55,807 nt of DNA from a virus (taxonomy: Duplodnaviria; Caudoviricetes): IMG/VR virus record IMGVR_UViG_3300017963_000313, positions 1 through 55,807 of that record. One strand, written 5' to 3'. The translations under genes were made by a program, and so were the position numbers. The notes beneath the pieces were generated by a model. The model saw nothing but the letters and a program-made list of their open reading frames with translations, searched no databases and was not told where the DNA came from. This document shows positions 1 to 9,908 of this stretch, one piece after another (positions within the stretch are counted from its first letter, which is position 1; each line of letters starts with the position of its first letter).

Positions 1-222
1 AAATATAAGCTGTCTTTAGAAGAACTTATACAAGATAAAGATAGTCTGTGGGAAATTATACCCGAAAATCTTACAGATATGGAATACGACATTATTCAAC
101 TACGTATTAAAAAACACACCTTTAAAGAAATTGGGGAAATGATGGGTGGATTATCATACCAGTGGATTCATAAGGTTTATATTAGAGCACTTTCAAAAAT
201 AGTAGAGGCACATGCTGAATAG
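1..222 (+). CDS. C-terminal part of a sigma-70-like factor (region 4 HTH), 5'-truncated
   Basis: Frame +1 is open from base 1 to TAG at 220-222: ...LTDMEYDIIQLRIKKHTFKEIGEMMGGLSYQWIHKVYIRALSKI, a typical region-4 pattern. Not in the ORF track. Confidence 0.7.
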   Translation, partial: KYKLSLEELIQDKDSLWEIIPENLTDMEYDIIQLRIKKHTFKEIGEMMGGLSYQWIHKVYIRALSKIVEAHAE

Positions 223-1912
223 AAAAAAACGAATCCTGTGGGTGAACGAAGGAAGTTTTCTAAGCACAGGATATGCTACCTACGGCAAAGAAGTGATAGG
301 TAGACTTGTTAAAACTGGCAAATATGATATTGCTGAACTCTCTTCCTTTACTACTATTAATGACCCCCGCAATAATGATGTGCCATGGGTGGTCTATCCT
401 AATAATGTAGATAAAGAAGACCCCAGGTTTGCTGATTCTCAACAGAGGAAAAACACTTTTGGCGAATGGAGGTTCGAGCGGGTACTATTAGACTTTAAAC
501 CAGATGTGGTTATAGATATTCGTGACCCCTGGATGTGCGGCTACCAATTCTATTCGCCGTACCGCCCCTTCTTTCACCACTGTATAATGCCCACAGTAGA
601 TTCCTCTCCACAACGACAAGAGTGGATAGAAAGCTTTATGTCGGCAGATAATGTATTTACATACTCTGATTGGGGTCTCAAGGTACTAGATAAGCAGAGT
701 CGTGGCAACATGAAGCTTAACCAATCGGCCTATCCCGGAGTAGACCTACAAGTATTCTGTCCACCGACCAACAAGGCTGCCCACAAACAGTCTATGGGGC
801 TAGAAGAAGACTCCATTATTATAGGTACAGTAATGCGCAATCAAAAGCGCAAGTTGTATCCAGACCTATTGGCCGTTTTCAAAAAGCTGCTGGAAAGTTT
901 ACCAGAAGACATTGCCAAAAAAACATATCTATATATACACACAGGATATCCAGACCTAGGATGGAATCTACCCGAACTTATTAAAGAGTCTGGTATTGGC
1001 AATAAAGTCCTGTTCACATACATCTGTGGAGAGACTAACAAGCCATTTATTGGACCAATGCAGGATGCCCGCACATATTCTCCATATTCCCACAATGCCT
1101 CTGGCGTTTTACCAAGTGTGAATAGGGGGGTATCGCCCGAACAACTGGCAGACATTTATAAGTGTTTTGACTTGTATATCCAATATGCTATTTGCGAAGG
1201 GTTCGGTATGCCCCAAGTAGAAGCGGCTGCCTGTGGAGTACCTGTGGCATCTGTGGACTATAGTGCCATGGTTGATGTTCTTAATAGAACTAATGGAATT
1301 AGGTTGAAGGTTCAAAAGTTATTTAAAGAACTAGAGACCAATGCTAATCGTGCCATGCCCGATAACGACTATTGTTGTTCGGCTTTAGGGAAGTATATTC
1401 GGTCTTCACAAGAGCATAAGGATAAAAAAAGCAAACAGGCTAGAGCAGCAACCGAAAAGTATTTCAACTGGGATAGAACGGCAGGTATTTGGGAAGAGTA
1501 TCTAGACAAGATTGTATTGACAGGATTACAAGGACAATGGCATGCTCCGTATAGACACCATGTAATTCCTGAACTTACTCAAGAGATTGCAACTAAACCT
1601 GTGCAGGAATATGTGGAGTGGTTATTTGTACACGTTCTTAATCAACCCGAACGCGCTCATAGCCTTGCCGCCCTAGAAATGATACAGTGGTTAAACTATG
1701 GTGGGCAACCACAGGGAGACCAAAATAATCCTATGCAGGGACTCAAACCCTTTACTAGAGAAGATGCCTATAATGTCATGAGTGCAGGGGCTAAAAACTT
1801 TATTACGTGTGAAGAATGTAGAACCGGAAAAAGAGAAACCCCAATGCAAGACTTTGTAGAATATGCACACCATAAGAAGAAGTTACTAGAACAAAATGAA
1901 CAGCATTGCTAG
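212..1912 (+). CDS. GT-B (GT4-like) glycosyltransferase
   Basis: N-terminal TGY motif, RNQKRK, and EGFGMPQVEAAACGVPV (ExFG...E signature of retaining GT4). Confidence 0.9.
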   Translation: MLNRKKRILWVNEGSFLSTGYATYGKEVIGRLVKTGKYDIAELSSFTTINDPRNNDVPWVVYPNNVDKEDPRFADSQQRKNTFGEWRFERVLLDFKPDVVIDIRDPWMCGYQFYSPYRPFFHHCIMPTVDSSPQRQEWIESFMSADNVFTYSDWGLKVLDKQSRGNMKLNQSAYPGVDLQVFCPPTNKAAHKQSMGLEEDSIIIGTVMRNQKRKLYPDLLAVFKKLLESLPEDIAKKTYLYIHTGYPDLGWNLPELIKESGIGNKVLFTYICGETNKPFIGPMQDARTYSPYSHNASGVLPSVNRGVSPEQLADIYKCFDLYIQYAICEGFGMPQVEAAACGVPVASVDYSAMVDVLNRTNGIRLKVQKLFKELETNANRAMPDNDYCCSALGKYIRSSQEHKDKKSKQARAATEKYFNWDRTAGIWEEYLDKIVLTGLQGQWHAPYRHHVIPELTQEIATKPVQEYVEWLFVHVLNQPERAHSLAALEMIQWLNYGGQPQGDQNNPMQGLKPFTREDAYNVMSAGAKNFITCEECRTGKRETPMQDFVEYAHHKKKLLEQNEQHC

Positions 1913-2051
1913 TCCAATATATCAAGAGATAGAAGACAAGCTTTTTAATATATGTTATTATCAATATATGGAAATAACTGCTATCTATTGCGATATGTCT
2001 GATACTTTTATGACCAGATTATTTAATACTCTACAAGGAACCAATGTCTAA
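1896..2051 (+). CDS. 51-aa hypothetical protein (MNSIASPIYQ...)
   Basis: Hand-translated ORF that fills the gap between two GT genes and overlaps both. Confidence 0.5.
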   Translation: MNSIASPIYQEIEDKLFNICYYQYMEITAIYCDMSDTFMTRLFNTLQGTNV

Positions 2052-3168
2052 CGTATTATTTATAGGCCCCTACAGACAAAACGATGGGTGGGGGCAAGGT
2101 GCCAAAGGATACATTAAAGCACTTCAACATACTAGTGCTAACGTGGCAATTCGCCCTATATACATGGCAGGGACAGGCTTTACTAAAGAGCTACCCGATG
2201 ATATTATAGAGCTTGAGCAAAAACAGTTTGATGGACCCCCAAATATAATCATTCAGAATGTTTTGCCCACTCTACTCTCTTATCAGCCAGATGCATATAA
2301 CATAGGTCTATTTTACATAGAAACCCAAGGTATTAAACATACTGGGTGGATATATAGAATGAATCTCATGGATGAGATATGGGTAGCAAGCAATCATGAA
2401 AAACAAGTTCTAGAAGAAGAGGGTGTTACAGTTAAGATATCTGTAGTTCCCATGTGTATAGATATAGAACATCTACAAAGACAAGTTAAACCATTGTCTA
2501 TTCCTGGATGTGATACAGACTATACCTTCTATTTTATTGGAGAGCATACTAATCGCAAAAATATGCTTGGTCTTTTGTCTGCTTTCCACCAAGAATTTGA
2601 TAAGCATGAGCCGGTTAGACTGGTAATTAAATGTAATAAAATGGGTATGCATCCAGATGTTTTGCAGGAAAACGTTTCAACCTGCATTAAGCAACTAAAG
2701 CAACAAATGAGACTATATCCAAATCTACAAAATTATCATAACGAAATTCTAGTTACAGGCCATCTATCTGAAGATGAAATGTTGGGTTTACATCGCGCTT
2801 GTGACTGTCTAGTAGTACCATCTTGTGGAGAGTCATTAAATAGACCCGCTATGGAGGCTATGTGTGTTGGTAATGACCTTGTAGTTAATGGTCAAACTGG
2901 CATGAAAGATACCGTTGGCATTTGGGGGTTGAAAGCCCGTTCTAATAAAGTGCCAATCATTATACCAGATGCTCCTATGCCCACTATCTATACAGGTAGA
3001 GAAACATGGCAGGAAGTGGATATTCTTAATCTTCGGTGTTGTTTACGAGCGTCTTACGAGAGTAGAAATAAACTGAAACCTTCTGGTAGAGAAGAGTATA
3101 TGAAACGATTTTCTTACGAGCAAGTTGGAAATGTAATGGAAGACCTGATTATCAATGCAGCAAATTAG
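2044..3168 (+). CDS. GT-B (GT4-like) glycosyltransferase
   Basis: FYFIGEHTNRKN and DCLVVPSCGESLNRPAMEAM motifs. Confidence 0.88.
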   Translation: MSNVLFIGPYRQNDGWGQGAKGYIKALQHTSANVAIRPIYMAGTGFTKELPDDIIELEQKQFDGPPNIIIQNVLPTLLSYQPDAYNIGLFYIETQGIKHTGWIYRMNLMDEIWVASNHEKQVLEEEGVTVKISVVPMCIDIEHLQRQVKPLSIPGCDTDYTFYFIGEHTNRKNMLGLLSAFHQEFDKHEPVRLVIKCNKMGMHPDVLQENVSTCIKQLKQQMRLYPNLQNYHNEILVTGHLSEDEMLGLHRACDCLVVPSCGESLNRPAMEAMCVGNDLVVNGQTGMKDTVGIWGLKARSNKVPIIIPDAPMPTIYTGRETWQEVDILNLRCCLRASYESRNKLKPSGREEYMKRFSYEQVGNVMEDLIINAAN

Positions 3169-4099
3169 AAACCTTACAAATAAAGCAATTAAGAAACCTG
3201 TGGACGAACCTCTAAACATACTCACATGTTTTTATGATGGTGTGTTTGATGTGGAATTGGCTAAAACCGGCCACAACTTTTATGGGGCCATTAATGATTC
3301 TTCTAATGAGTGGTGTCCTATAGACGACATTCCCTCTAATATGTTTTTTCTGCCGGGAACACAGCATTTTCAACACTATGATTTTATACTCTGTAATAAT
3401 CGTATAGAAAAGTGGGATTTGGCTACTAGACTACAAAACTATATGCAGTTGCCGATTGTCACTATAGACCATTATGGTAATCCACCCAATGTGCCCGATA
3501 TTAAAGTTCAGCAAATAAAAGACCGTACCAAAAGCGTAATGAGTTTTGCCACTAATAAGGCAGCCATGCACTGGGACGACCAAAGTATTTATATGAGACC
3601 GGGGATTGAATACCGCGAGCCGGTTGATAAAGATATTGATGTTCTTTTAGTTGGGCACTTTCCGCCAGAAGAACATAGCCTGCTGCATAGACTAAAGTTG
3701 AAGATGCCGGGATTGGTTATTGTTGGTCAAAATGAAGACCTATCTCCATGGCACACAGGAGAGGAATTGAGAAGTATATATGATAGAGCTAAGATTTTTA
3801 TTAATCTACCCAGGACTACAGGACTACCTACACTATTAATGCCAGCTATTGAAAGTGGTTGTGCGATTATATCCGTTAGAAATGAAGGCTCTAGACAATT
3901 ATTACAGGATGCCACACTATTCCTGGAACATGTTGAAGATATTCCTAACGTGGTTAATCGATTATTAAGAAATCCACACGAACTCAAAAAATACCAACAA
4001 GCCATATTAGAACACGAAGGCTTTCAAAACAAACAAAAATCTATAGAACAATGGTCCACCCTACTAACACAAGCACGCACAGAGATATTAGTAAAATGA
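3155..4099 (+). CDS. divergent GT-B glycosyltransferase-like protein
   Basis: C-terminal YDRAKIFINL...LMPAIESGCAII resembles a GT-B donor domain, but the usual Glu residues are not evident. Operon context. Confidence 0.65.
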   Translation: MQQIRNLTNKAIKKPVDEPLNILTCFYDGVFDVELAKTGHNFYGAINDSSNEWCPIDDIPSNMFFLPGTQHFQHYDFILCNNRIEKWDLATRLQNYMQLPIVTIDHYGNPPNVPDIKVQQIKDRTKSVMSFATNKAAMHWDDQSIYMRPGIEYREPVDKDIDVLLVGHFPPEEHSLLHRLKLKMPGLVIVGQNEDLSPWHTGEELRSIYDRAKIFINLPRTTGLPTLLMPAIESGCAIISVRNEGSRQLLQDATLFLEHVEDIPNVVNRLLRNPHELKKYQQAILEHEGFQNKQKSIEQWSTLLTQARTEILVK

Positions 4100-4527
4100 A
4101 AGACATAACTATTGTACTAGACCACCCCATTAATGAAAACGAGATACACGTATCTCAAATTGCAAGTATTACCAATGGTTCTTGCGACAATCTTAATCTA
4201 CGGGCTAGTATGGATTACACACCTCATAGAGAAGCACTGTTGTCTGCCGCAATCGGTAAAGTAAAATATGGTGGAACCATCACTATATCTGGACTAGATG
4301 CGTTTGAGGTATCTCGCCAAATTTATGTAGGCAAACTCAACGGACAACAAGCATCCGAAATCTTGTATAAGAATATCAACGGTCACACTCGGTCGTCTTG
4401 TGGGCATATTCTGGATACAATCGATAAACTGCAACAACACAACTTTACAATTCTAATTAAAGAACTACAAGACTACGCATATTCTATACAGGCAAGAAGA
4501 AATGAACCCCACTCACACATCGTGTAA
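4096..4527 (+). CDS. hypothetical protein, possible truncated methyltransferase-like fold
   Basis: ATGA overlap at 4096. KVKYGGTITISGLD recalls the LKPGG-type motif of class I SAM methyltransferases; no GxGxG motif I seen. Confidence 0.4.
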   Translation: MKDITIVLDHPINENEIHVSQIASITNGSCDNLNLRASMDYTPHREALLSAAIGKVKYGGTITISGLDAFEVSRQIYVGKLNGQQASEILYKNINGHTRSSCGHILDTIDKLQQHNFTILIKELQDYAYSIQARRNEPHSHIV

Positions 4528-5266
4528 AAACTGCATCTTTGCAGAATATGAAGAAAACACACAAGTAGGCTGTACTGCTGGTAGACTTGATGTTTTTAGA
4601 AATAGGGAAGAAGAGATTATAGAAGCCTATGATGAAGAGAAGGAATTCTATGTCATAGACAAGCGGATTTGTATGTACAAGCGACCAGAAAGCTGGAAGC
4701 ACGCAGACCTACCGCACGACGAACAAATCACCACAATTAAGGAAGAAATCAAGATACCCCTACATGTTATTATTATGGGGGAAGACTTTGACGATATCTG
4801 CAAGACTATAAATTCTTTGGTGGCACAAGAGGTGCAGCCTGCCCATATTACAGTACTGCGTCCTTATGGTTCTGTTTTACACGATACAAAAATTAGAACG
4901 ATAACATCATATCTAGACCAAAGTGGCATTCCGTGGAAACTTCAAAATATCCTCAATCCAGATGTGGAACCAGAAAAATATGAAGACCTAGTAGTAGATA
5001 TCGCCAAACCCCGGTATTATATGACACTGAATGCGGGGTGCGAAATACCCTCCGACACCATTAGAATACTGAATGAAAAAATCAACGAAGAACTATTCCG
5101 CTTTTATGTTCTAACCCCTAATAGTGAAGGCAATGGGTGGACAGTGCCATGGATGACATATCAGTTGTTTAATGGTAATAAGAAAGGTTCTCTGCTAGAC
5201 AAACTCAAGGATAATCAATGTCAATTACACAGTATCAATCAGATAGTGCCCAGCTTCCCAGAGTAG
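4502..5266 (+). CDS. hypothetical protein, Cys-rich N-terminus plus degenerate GT-A-like region
   Basis: CKNC...C...C followed by DICKTINSLVAQEVQPAHITV (GT2-like start). Confidence 0.45.
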   Translation: MNPTHTSCKNCIFAEYEENTQVGCTAGRLDVFRNREEEIIEAYDEEKEFYVIDKRICMYKRPESWKHADLPHDEQITTIKEEIKIPLHVIIMGEDFDDICKTINSLVAQEVQPAHITVLRPYGSVLHDTKIRTITSYLDQSGIPWKLQNILNPDVEPEKYEDLVVDIAKPRYYMTLNAGCEIPSDTIRILNEKINEELFRFYVLTPNSEGNGWTVPWMTYQLFNGNKKGSLLDKLKDNQCQLHSINQIVPSFPE

Positions 5267-5781
5267 TAGTATGCTATCTGTCTGAGAACGCACCTCTACA
5301 GCAAACATATAGTAATATAGAATATACTAAATGTAAAGATGTGGACAATTTTAACGACGTACTAAATAGCGGGCTGGATAATGAGGTATATGTTTTTCTA
5401 TCCGCCCACGACGATTTTTGGAATGAGGAATGTGTAGCCAGAGTAATTGACAAGCGTAATAAATGTCCTAATGCTTGTATGCTGTATACGGATAATGTTA
5501 CTATAAAGAATAACATACAGTTTATTCAATATTTTCCCACATTTAGCTATGAGCACACACAAATACCAGACCTGATTATTAATACTCCACTATTCATTTG
5601 TAAGGATACGGGGGCTCGATTTAACACAGACTTACAATTTTTGTTTTTGTACGAGATGTTTCATCAAATAAGGCAAAAGGGTCTAGTGGTTCATATCCCC
5701 AGTATTTTGACAAAAACCACACAACCCCACGATATTTCATATGAACAGGACTTTGCATTACTAAATGAGCAGCCGGTCTAG
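5218..5781 (+). CDS. GT2-like glycosyltransferase-related protein
   Basis: YVFLSAHDDF, MLYTD and VVHIPSIL match the pattern of GT2 C-terminal halves. Confidence 0.55.
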   Translation: MSITQYQSDSAQLPRVVVCYLSENAPLQQTYSNIEYTKCKDVDNFNDVLNSGLDNEVYVFLSAHDDFWNEECVARVIDKRNKCPNACMLYTDNVTIKNNIQFIQYFPTFSYEHTQIPDLIINTPLFICKDTGARFNTDLQFLFLYEMFHQIRQKGLVVHIPSILTKTTQPHDISYEQDFALLNEQPV

Positions 5782-6487
5782 AAGAAATGTAGTTACTATT
5801 AAGGAAACTACGAAAAGTAGATGTAGTGTCGTTATACCTTCTGCTGGAGTGGGTAGTAGAATGCGTACCTATGGACCCACATCACTGATTAAAATCGAAG
5901 ACGAAATTACTGTCTTTGAAAGACAAAAAAGACTTATATCTCAAACAATACCCAATCATGAAATTGTTCTAGTCACCGGATTTGAATCTCAAAAGGTTAT
6001 CAATAATACCCCCAGAGATATTATCCACGTACAAAACGAAAGATATCAGGAAAGTAATGTTGTTAGAAGTATACAAATAGGAATCAATGCGGCAACCACC
6101 GACAATATCCTTGTTGTATATGGGGATTTGGTTTTTAATTCGGCTACCCTATCTCATAGTTTTCAAGAGTCTTCTATAGTAATAGACACACAGGCAGATA
6201 ATAAGAATACTGAGGTTGGGTGTATTGTCCATAACGAATACCTAGAACAGATGTGTTTTGACCTACCGCAAAAATGGTCGCAGGTGGTTTATCTTACAGG
6301 TAAGGAATTAAGCCTATTTTCAAAGTTTGCTAATAATCCTCAGAACATTATGGCTTTTGGATTTGAGGCCATTAATTGGATATTGGAGCATGGGGGTAGA
6401 TTTAAAGTTCTAAGCAACGATATGGATATTCAAACAGTAGACCTAGACACTTCTAAGGATATTAAACTAGCACAAAGTATACTATGA
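5765..6487 (+). CDS. nucleotidyltransferase (NTP transferase, LicC/GlmU-like)
   Basis: IPSAGVGSRM N-terminal motif, VVYGDLVF and DLDT. Confidence 0.85.
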   Translation: MSSRSRRNVVTIKETTKSRCSVVIPSAGVGSRMRTYGPTSLIKIEDEITVFERQKRLISQTIPNHEIVLVTGFESQKVINNTPRDIIHVQNERYQESNVVRSIQIGINAATTDNILVVYGDLVFNSATLSHSFQESSIVIDTQADNKNTEVGCIVHNEYLEQMCFDLPQKWSQVVYLTGKELSLFSKFANNPQNIMAFGFEAINWILEHGGRFKVLSNDMDIQTVDLDTSKDIKLAQSIL

Positions 6488-7356
6488 TAATTTTCACACC
6501 ATCCAACAGTCGCGTATTTGAGGGTTTAGGGGCGGCTTTTAAAGTATGTTATCCTACTGGTGCCATTATATGGAAACCAGAAGTCAAACCCATATTTGAT
6601 ATGTGTGCAGAATTAAGGCCGGAAATTCTTTTTCTAGATGCTGCATATATTACTACTGATATTATAGAAGCGATAGAACACTTCAAGTTAGATGTAGTAT
6701 TGCATGCTAATGGTTGTTCTCCAGAGTTATTGCCATATATTAAGCTACTTATCTATGATTCTGATATTCCAGAGCATATGAGACAACATCTTCCAACAGA
6801 TGTTTTAACATACGAACATAAGCCTGCGGCAAACTATGTAAAATTTAGGAACCCCGTTTATAATGATAAGCTTATAGCTGACATTGGATACCTCAGTACG
6901 AGCGGACAACAAGCCTCCACAGATATTCTAGAGCGGCTATCATATGTTATCAGCGAGACACCTTATAGTTTAAAGATTATGGGTAGTCCGATGCCCTATG
7001 TTAATTATATCGGTATTACCACACCTAAACAACATCTAGACCTAGCAGCTTCTACACAAATTAGTTTAGACTGTGGCGGTCATTTACTAATGGAGTATGC
7101 TGTCAACAGGATATTTACTATCACTAATGTGGTACAAGATGTCTTTCCATATGTTGAAAAAACAGAAGACTTATTGCCCGCATTAAATCAATATATAGAA
7201 AATCCTAAACTCAGAGCTAAGATAGCTAAACAAGCATATAAACAAACCATTGATACTGACACGTGTTTTCATAGACTGGCAGATATAGCACAACTGCTTG
7301 ATAAGAAGGATTGGTATCATAAAAGTATAGACGTTTTTAAGACAATGAGGACATAA
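6484..7356 (+). CDS. CgeB-like / GT-B-related protein
   Basis: C-terminal YIENPKLRAKIAKQAYKQTIDTDTCFHRL is typical of CgeB-type GT ends. Confidence 0.6.
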   Translation: MIIFTPSNSRVFEGLGAAFKVCYPTGAIIWKPEVKPIFDMCAELRPEILFLDAAYITTDIIEAIEHFKLDVVLHANGCSPELLPYIKLLIYDSDIPEHMRQHLPTDVLTYEHKPAANYVKFRNPVYNDKLIADIGYLSTSGQQASTDILERLSYVISETPYSLKIMGSPMPYVNYIGITTPKQHLDLAASTQISLDCGGHLLMEYAVNRIFTITNVVQDVFPYVEKTEDLLPALNQYIENPKLRAKIAKQAYKQTIDTDTCFHRLADIAQLLDKKDWYHKSIDVFKTMRT

Positions 7357-7808
7357 TGGAACTTGGCGTTTTTATACAGTCTCCAGACACACAACAAATG
7401 GGTCTATCTTTATTTGAAGAAGGCTCTAGACTAACCGACCACACAAATATTAATCTAGTGGTGTTCTATCATAACTATGGAACGATTCCTCTAAAACCCA
7501 GCTTTACTATGCTACAGTCTAGTCAGATTTGGGGGTTTGAGGGCCCAATTATTTCCACAGACTATAACACAAGTAGATTTTTAATTAAATGTCCAACACC
7601 TAGGAAGAAATACTATTATGTGTGGAACCTAGATTGGATTTATAAGATACGTTCTTGGGAGGCAAATAGTATAGTCATGCAGGACGATGGATTAGAACTT
7701 ATTGCTAGAAGTCAAGAGCATTACGACATTATTTCAGAATTGTGGAAAAAGCCCACATGTATTATGGAGGATTTCAACTATGAAACTCTCGAAACCTTGG
7801 CTAGCTAA
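7356..7808 (+). CDS. hypothetical protein (possible GT N-terminal-like domain)
   Basis: TAATG coupling to the upstream gene; KYYYVWNLDW and LIARSQEH motifs. Confidence 0.5.
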   Translation: MELGVFIQSPDTQQMGLSLFEEGSRLTDHTNINLVVFYHNYGTIPLKPSFTMLQSSQIWGFEGPIISTDYNTSRFLIKCPTPRKKYYYVWNLDWIYKIRSWEANSIVMQDDGLELIARSQEHYDIISELWKKPTCIMEDFNYETLETLAS

Positions 7809-8604
7809 AGCCAAAAGGTACGGTTCTCTCACAGAGAATGATAAAAGGGAATTACTAGAACACACATACGTAGAACAAGGGTGGAGTTGGGCAGCTATAG
7901 CAGACGTTTGCAGCACATACCCCAACAAAGTACGTAGAGAAGCTCTATCTCTAGGTATTAAATCTCGCACACGTAGTGAATCTCAAAAACTGGCTTTAGC
8001 AAGTGGTAGACATGCCCACCCAACAAAAGGGAAACAACATAGCCAGGAATCTAAAGATAAAATTAGTAATAGTATGGCGGAATCCTGGGAGAATATGAGT
8101 CCCAAGGAATTAAGACGCCGCCAAGAGATGGCCCGCAAACAGTGGGATGCAATGTCAGATAAAGAGAAGGCTGAACTACAGAGGAAAGCTAGTGAAGCCA
8201 TTAGAGAAACTATTCATAAAGGTTCTAAACTAGAAAATCATCTACGCGAAGGTTTAGCGGCTAACGGCTATCAGGTTAATTTCCATGTAGACTATATGGT
8301 TAAAAACCAGAATCTACAAATTGACTTGCATATACCCAATATGAACGTAGCTATTGAGGTAGATGGTCCAAGTCATTTTACTCCCATCTGGGGAGAAGAC
8401 GCATTACGACTAAGCCAACAGGCAGATGCAGAAAAAGATGGTTTGTTGCTAGGTATGGGTTTGTGTGTAATTCGAGTACAGCAAACTAAAGAGATATCGG
8501 AAAAGTTTAAAAGAGATACCCTCTCTAGACTATTGGAAGTATTACAAAAAATTGAAAAGAAGTTTCCCGCTAGGGAAAAAAGACACATTGTATTAGGAGA
8601 CTAA
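7780..8604 (+). CDS. NUMOD3 plus Vsr/DUF559-like (PD-D/ExK) endonuclease, homing-endonuclease-like
   Basis: KGKQHSQESKDKIS (NUMOD3) and IDL...VAIEVDGPSHF. GGAGG precedes ATG at 7780. Confidence 0.75.
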   Translation: MKLSKPWLAKAKRYGSLTENDKRELLEHTYVEQGWSWAAIADVCSTYPNKVRREALSLGIKSRTRSESQKLALASGRHAHPTKGKQHSQESKDKISNSMAESWENMSPKELRRRQEMARKQWDAMSDKEKAELQRKASEAIRETIHKGSKLENHLREGLAANGYQVNFHVDYMVKNQNLQIDLHIPNMNVAIEVDGPSHFTPIWGEDALRLSQQADAEKDGLLLGMGLCVIRVQQTKEISEKFKRDTLSRLLEVLQKIEKKFPAREKRHIVLGD

Positions 8605-8606
8605 TT

Positions 8607-9506
8607 ATGACCACTCAGAGTAAAATGGGCATTAGAGACTTGAAAAAAATCTTGATGGATAAGCATGGGTATACAAAGCAAGAGCTACAGGGGGAAAATG
8701 CTAAAAGCCTATCTCTCCTATTAGAAGAAGCGGAGGCTGAAGAGGATATGGCTTTGGAACAAGAGCATATGTTTACGGAGGATGCAGATATAGAAGCGGG
8801 GGACGAGTATTTGTCTACCGAGACCGACCAATCAGAAGAAGTGGGAATTTATTCTGAGGGGTGGAGTGAGTATGTGTTAGACCAACTGTTTGAACATGAG
8901 CAAGTTAAGATTGGCAAGAAAGAAAGGGTGGCTCCGACAGTAGACGGTCTCCGTAGACTTACTGGAAAACTACTGGACGATATCCAGGATGTTTATTCCC
9001 AGGTGATACAAGCCCCCTCTCCAGATAATGAGAATCGAGCAACTGTACAAGTACAGGTTACTCTTGCAGATGGGCGGCGGGCTTCTGGTGCTGCCGATGT
9101 ATTTAGTGGTAATGTTCAAGAACCTTTTGATTTGCATCCAGTGGCTACGGCGGAAACTAGAGCAGAGGGTCGTGCCTACAAAAAGCTGTTACATCTATGC
9201 AAGGTTCATACAGCAGAAGAATTAGATAAACAGTCATCAGCTTATTTTGAACCCGCCCCAGACCTTACCTTGATTAATGGTCACCAGATTAAGGGATTGG
9301 AAACTCTATGTAAGCTAAGAGTTGATGTAAATATTGAAAAGTTGGTAGAAAAACATTACCCCATGTGTAATAATATTAATGAACTGGCGTCTGAAGAAGC
9401 CCAAGCACTATTTGAAATTGTGTCTGACTTTCAACAAAGTGGTACGCCAGAAGACTTGCAGGGCTATGACGAAGGTTGGAAACAGAAATTGGGAGTGAAA
9501 GAATGA
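8607..9506 (+). CDS. putative Rad52/Sak-like single-strand annealing protein
   Basis: TVDGLRRL, ATVQVQVT and ATAETRAEGRA resemble Rad52-fold phage annealases. Confidence 0.45.
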   Translation: MTTQSKMGIRDLKKILMDKHGYTKQELQGENAKSLSLLLEEAEAEEDMALEQEHMFTEDADIEAGDEYLSTETDQSEEVGIYSEGWSEYVLDQLFEHEQVKIGKKERVAPTVDGLRRLTGKLLDDIQDVYSQVIQAPSPDNENRATVQVQVTLADGRRASGAADVFSGNVQEPFDLHPVATAETRAEGRAYKKLLHLCKVHTAEELDKQSSAYFEPAPDLTLINGHQIKGLETLCKLRVDVNIEKLVEKHYPMCNNINELASEEAQALFEIVSDFQQSGTPEDLQGYDEGWKQKLGVKE

Positions 9507-9847
9507 AAGTAACGTATAAACCGAATGAGCAGTTTGTAGTAGAAGTTGATGGTACGCCCAAAGAGATTGTTGAAGAGTTGGCTACAAGTGCCGAGCTATT
9601 CAGTCATAAGTGCGGTAAGTGCCATGGTAAAAACGGCAATAAGTTGGCGTTTAGAGTCCGCAAGGTGGAAGACAACAAATACTATGAGTTGCACTGTGAG
9701 TGCGGAGCAGTACTAGCTTTCGGAGCGCATAAAACTGGTGGGACACTTTTCCCCAAGCGTTTTGAGACTACAGACGATGGAGAAAAAAAGTGGTTGCCTG
9801 ATAATGGTTGGACAAAGTGGGATAAAGACCTAGGAAAGCGCGTGTAA
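9503..9847 (+). CDS. Zn-ribbon hypothetical protein
   Basis: CGKC...CECG; ATGA overlap at 9503. Confidence 0.65.
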   Translation: MKVTYKPNEQFVVEVDGTPKEIVEELATSAELFSHKCGKCHGKNGNKLAFRVRKVEDNKYYELHCECGAVLAFGAHKTGGTLFPKRFETTDDGEKKWLPDNGWTKWDKDLGKRV

Positions 9848-9878
9848 TCAACCAGATTGGCTTCTAATGCACTTTTTT

Positions 9879-9908
9879 AAAACCCATGGGGCGACCTGTG
9901 GGTTTTTT
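9879..9908. terminator. intrinsic terminator between convergent blocks, possibly bidirectional
   Basis: AAAACCCATGGG-GCGA-CCTGTGGGTTTT: GNRA loop and T-run. Confidence 0.8.
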
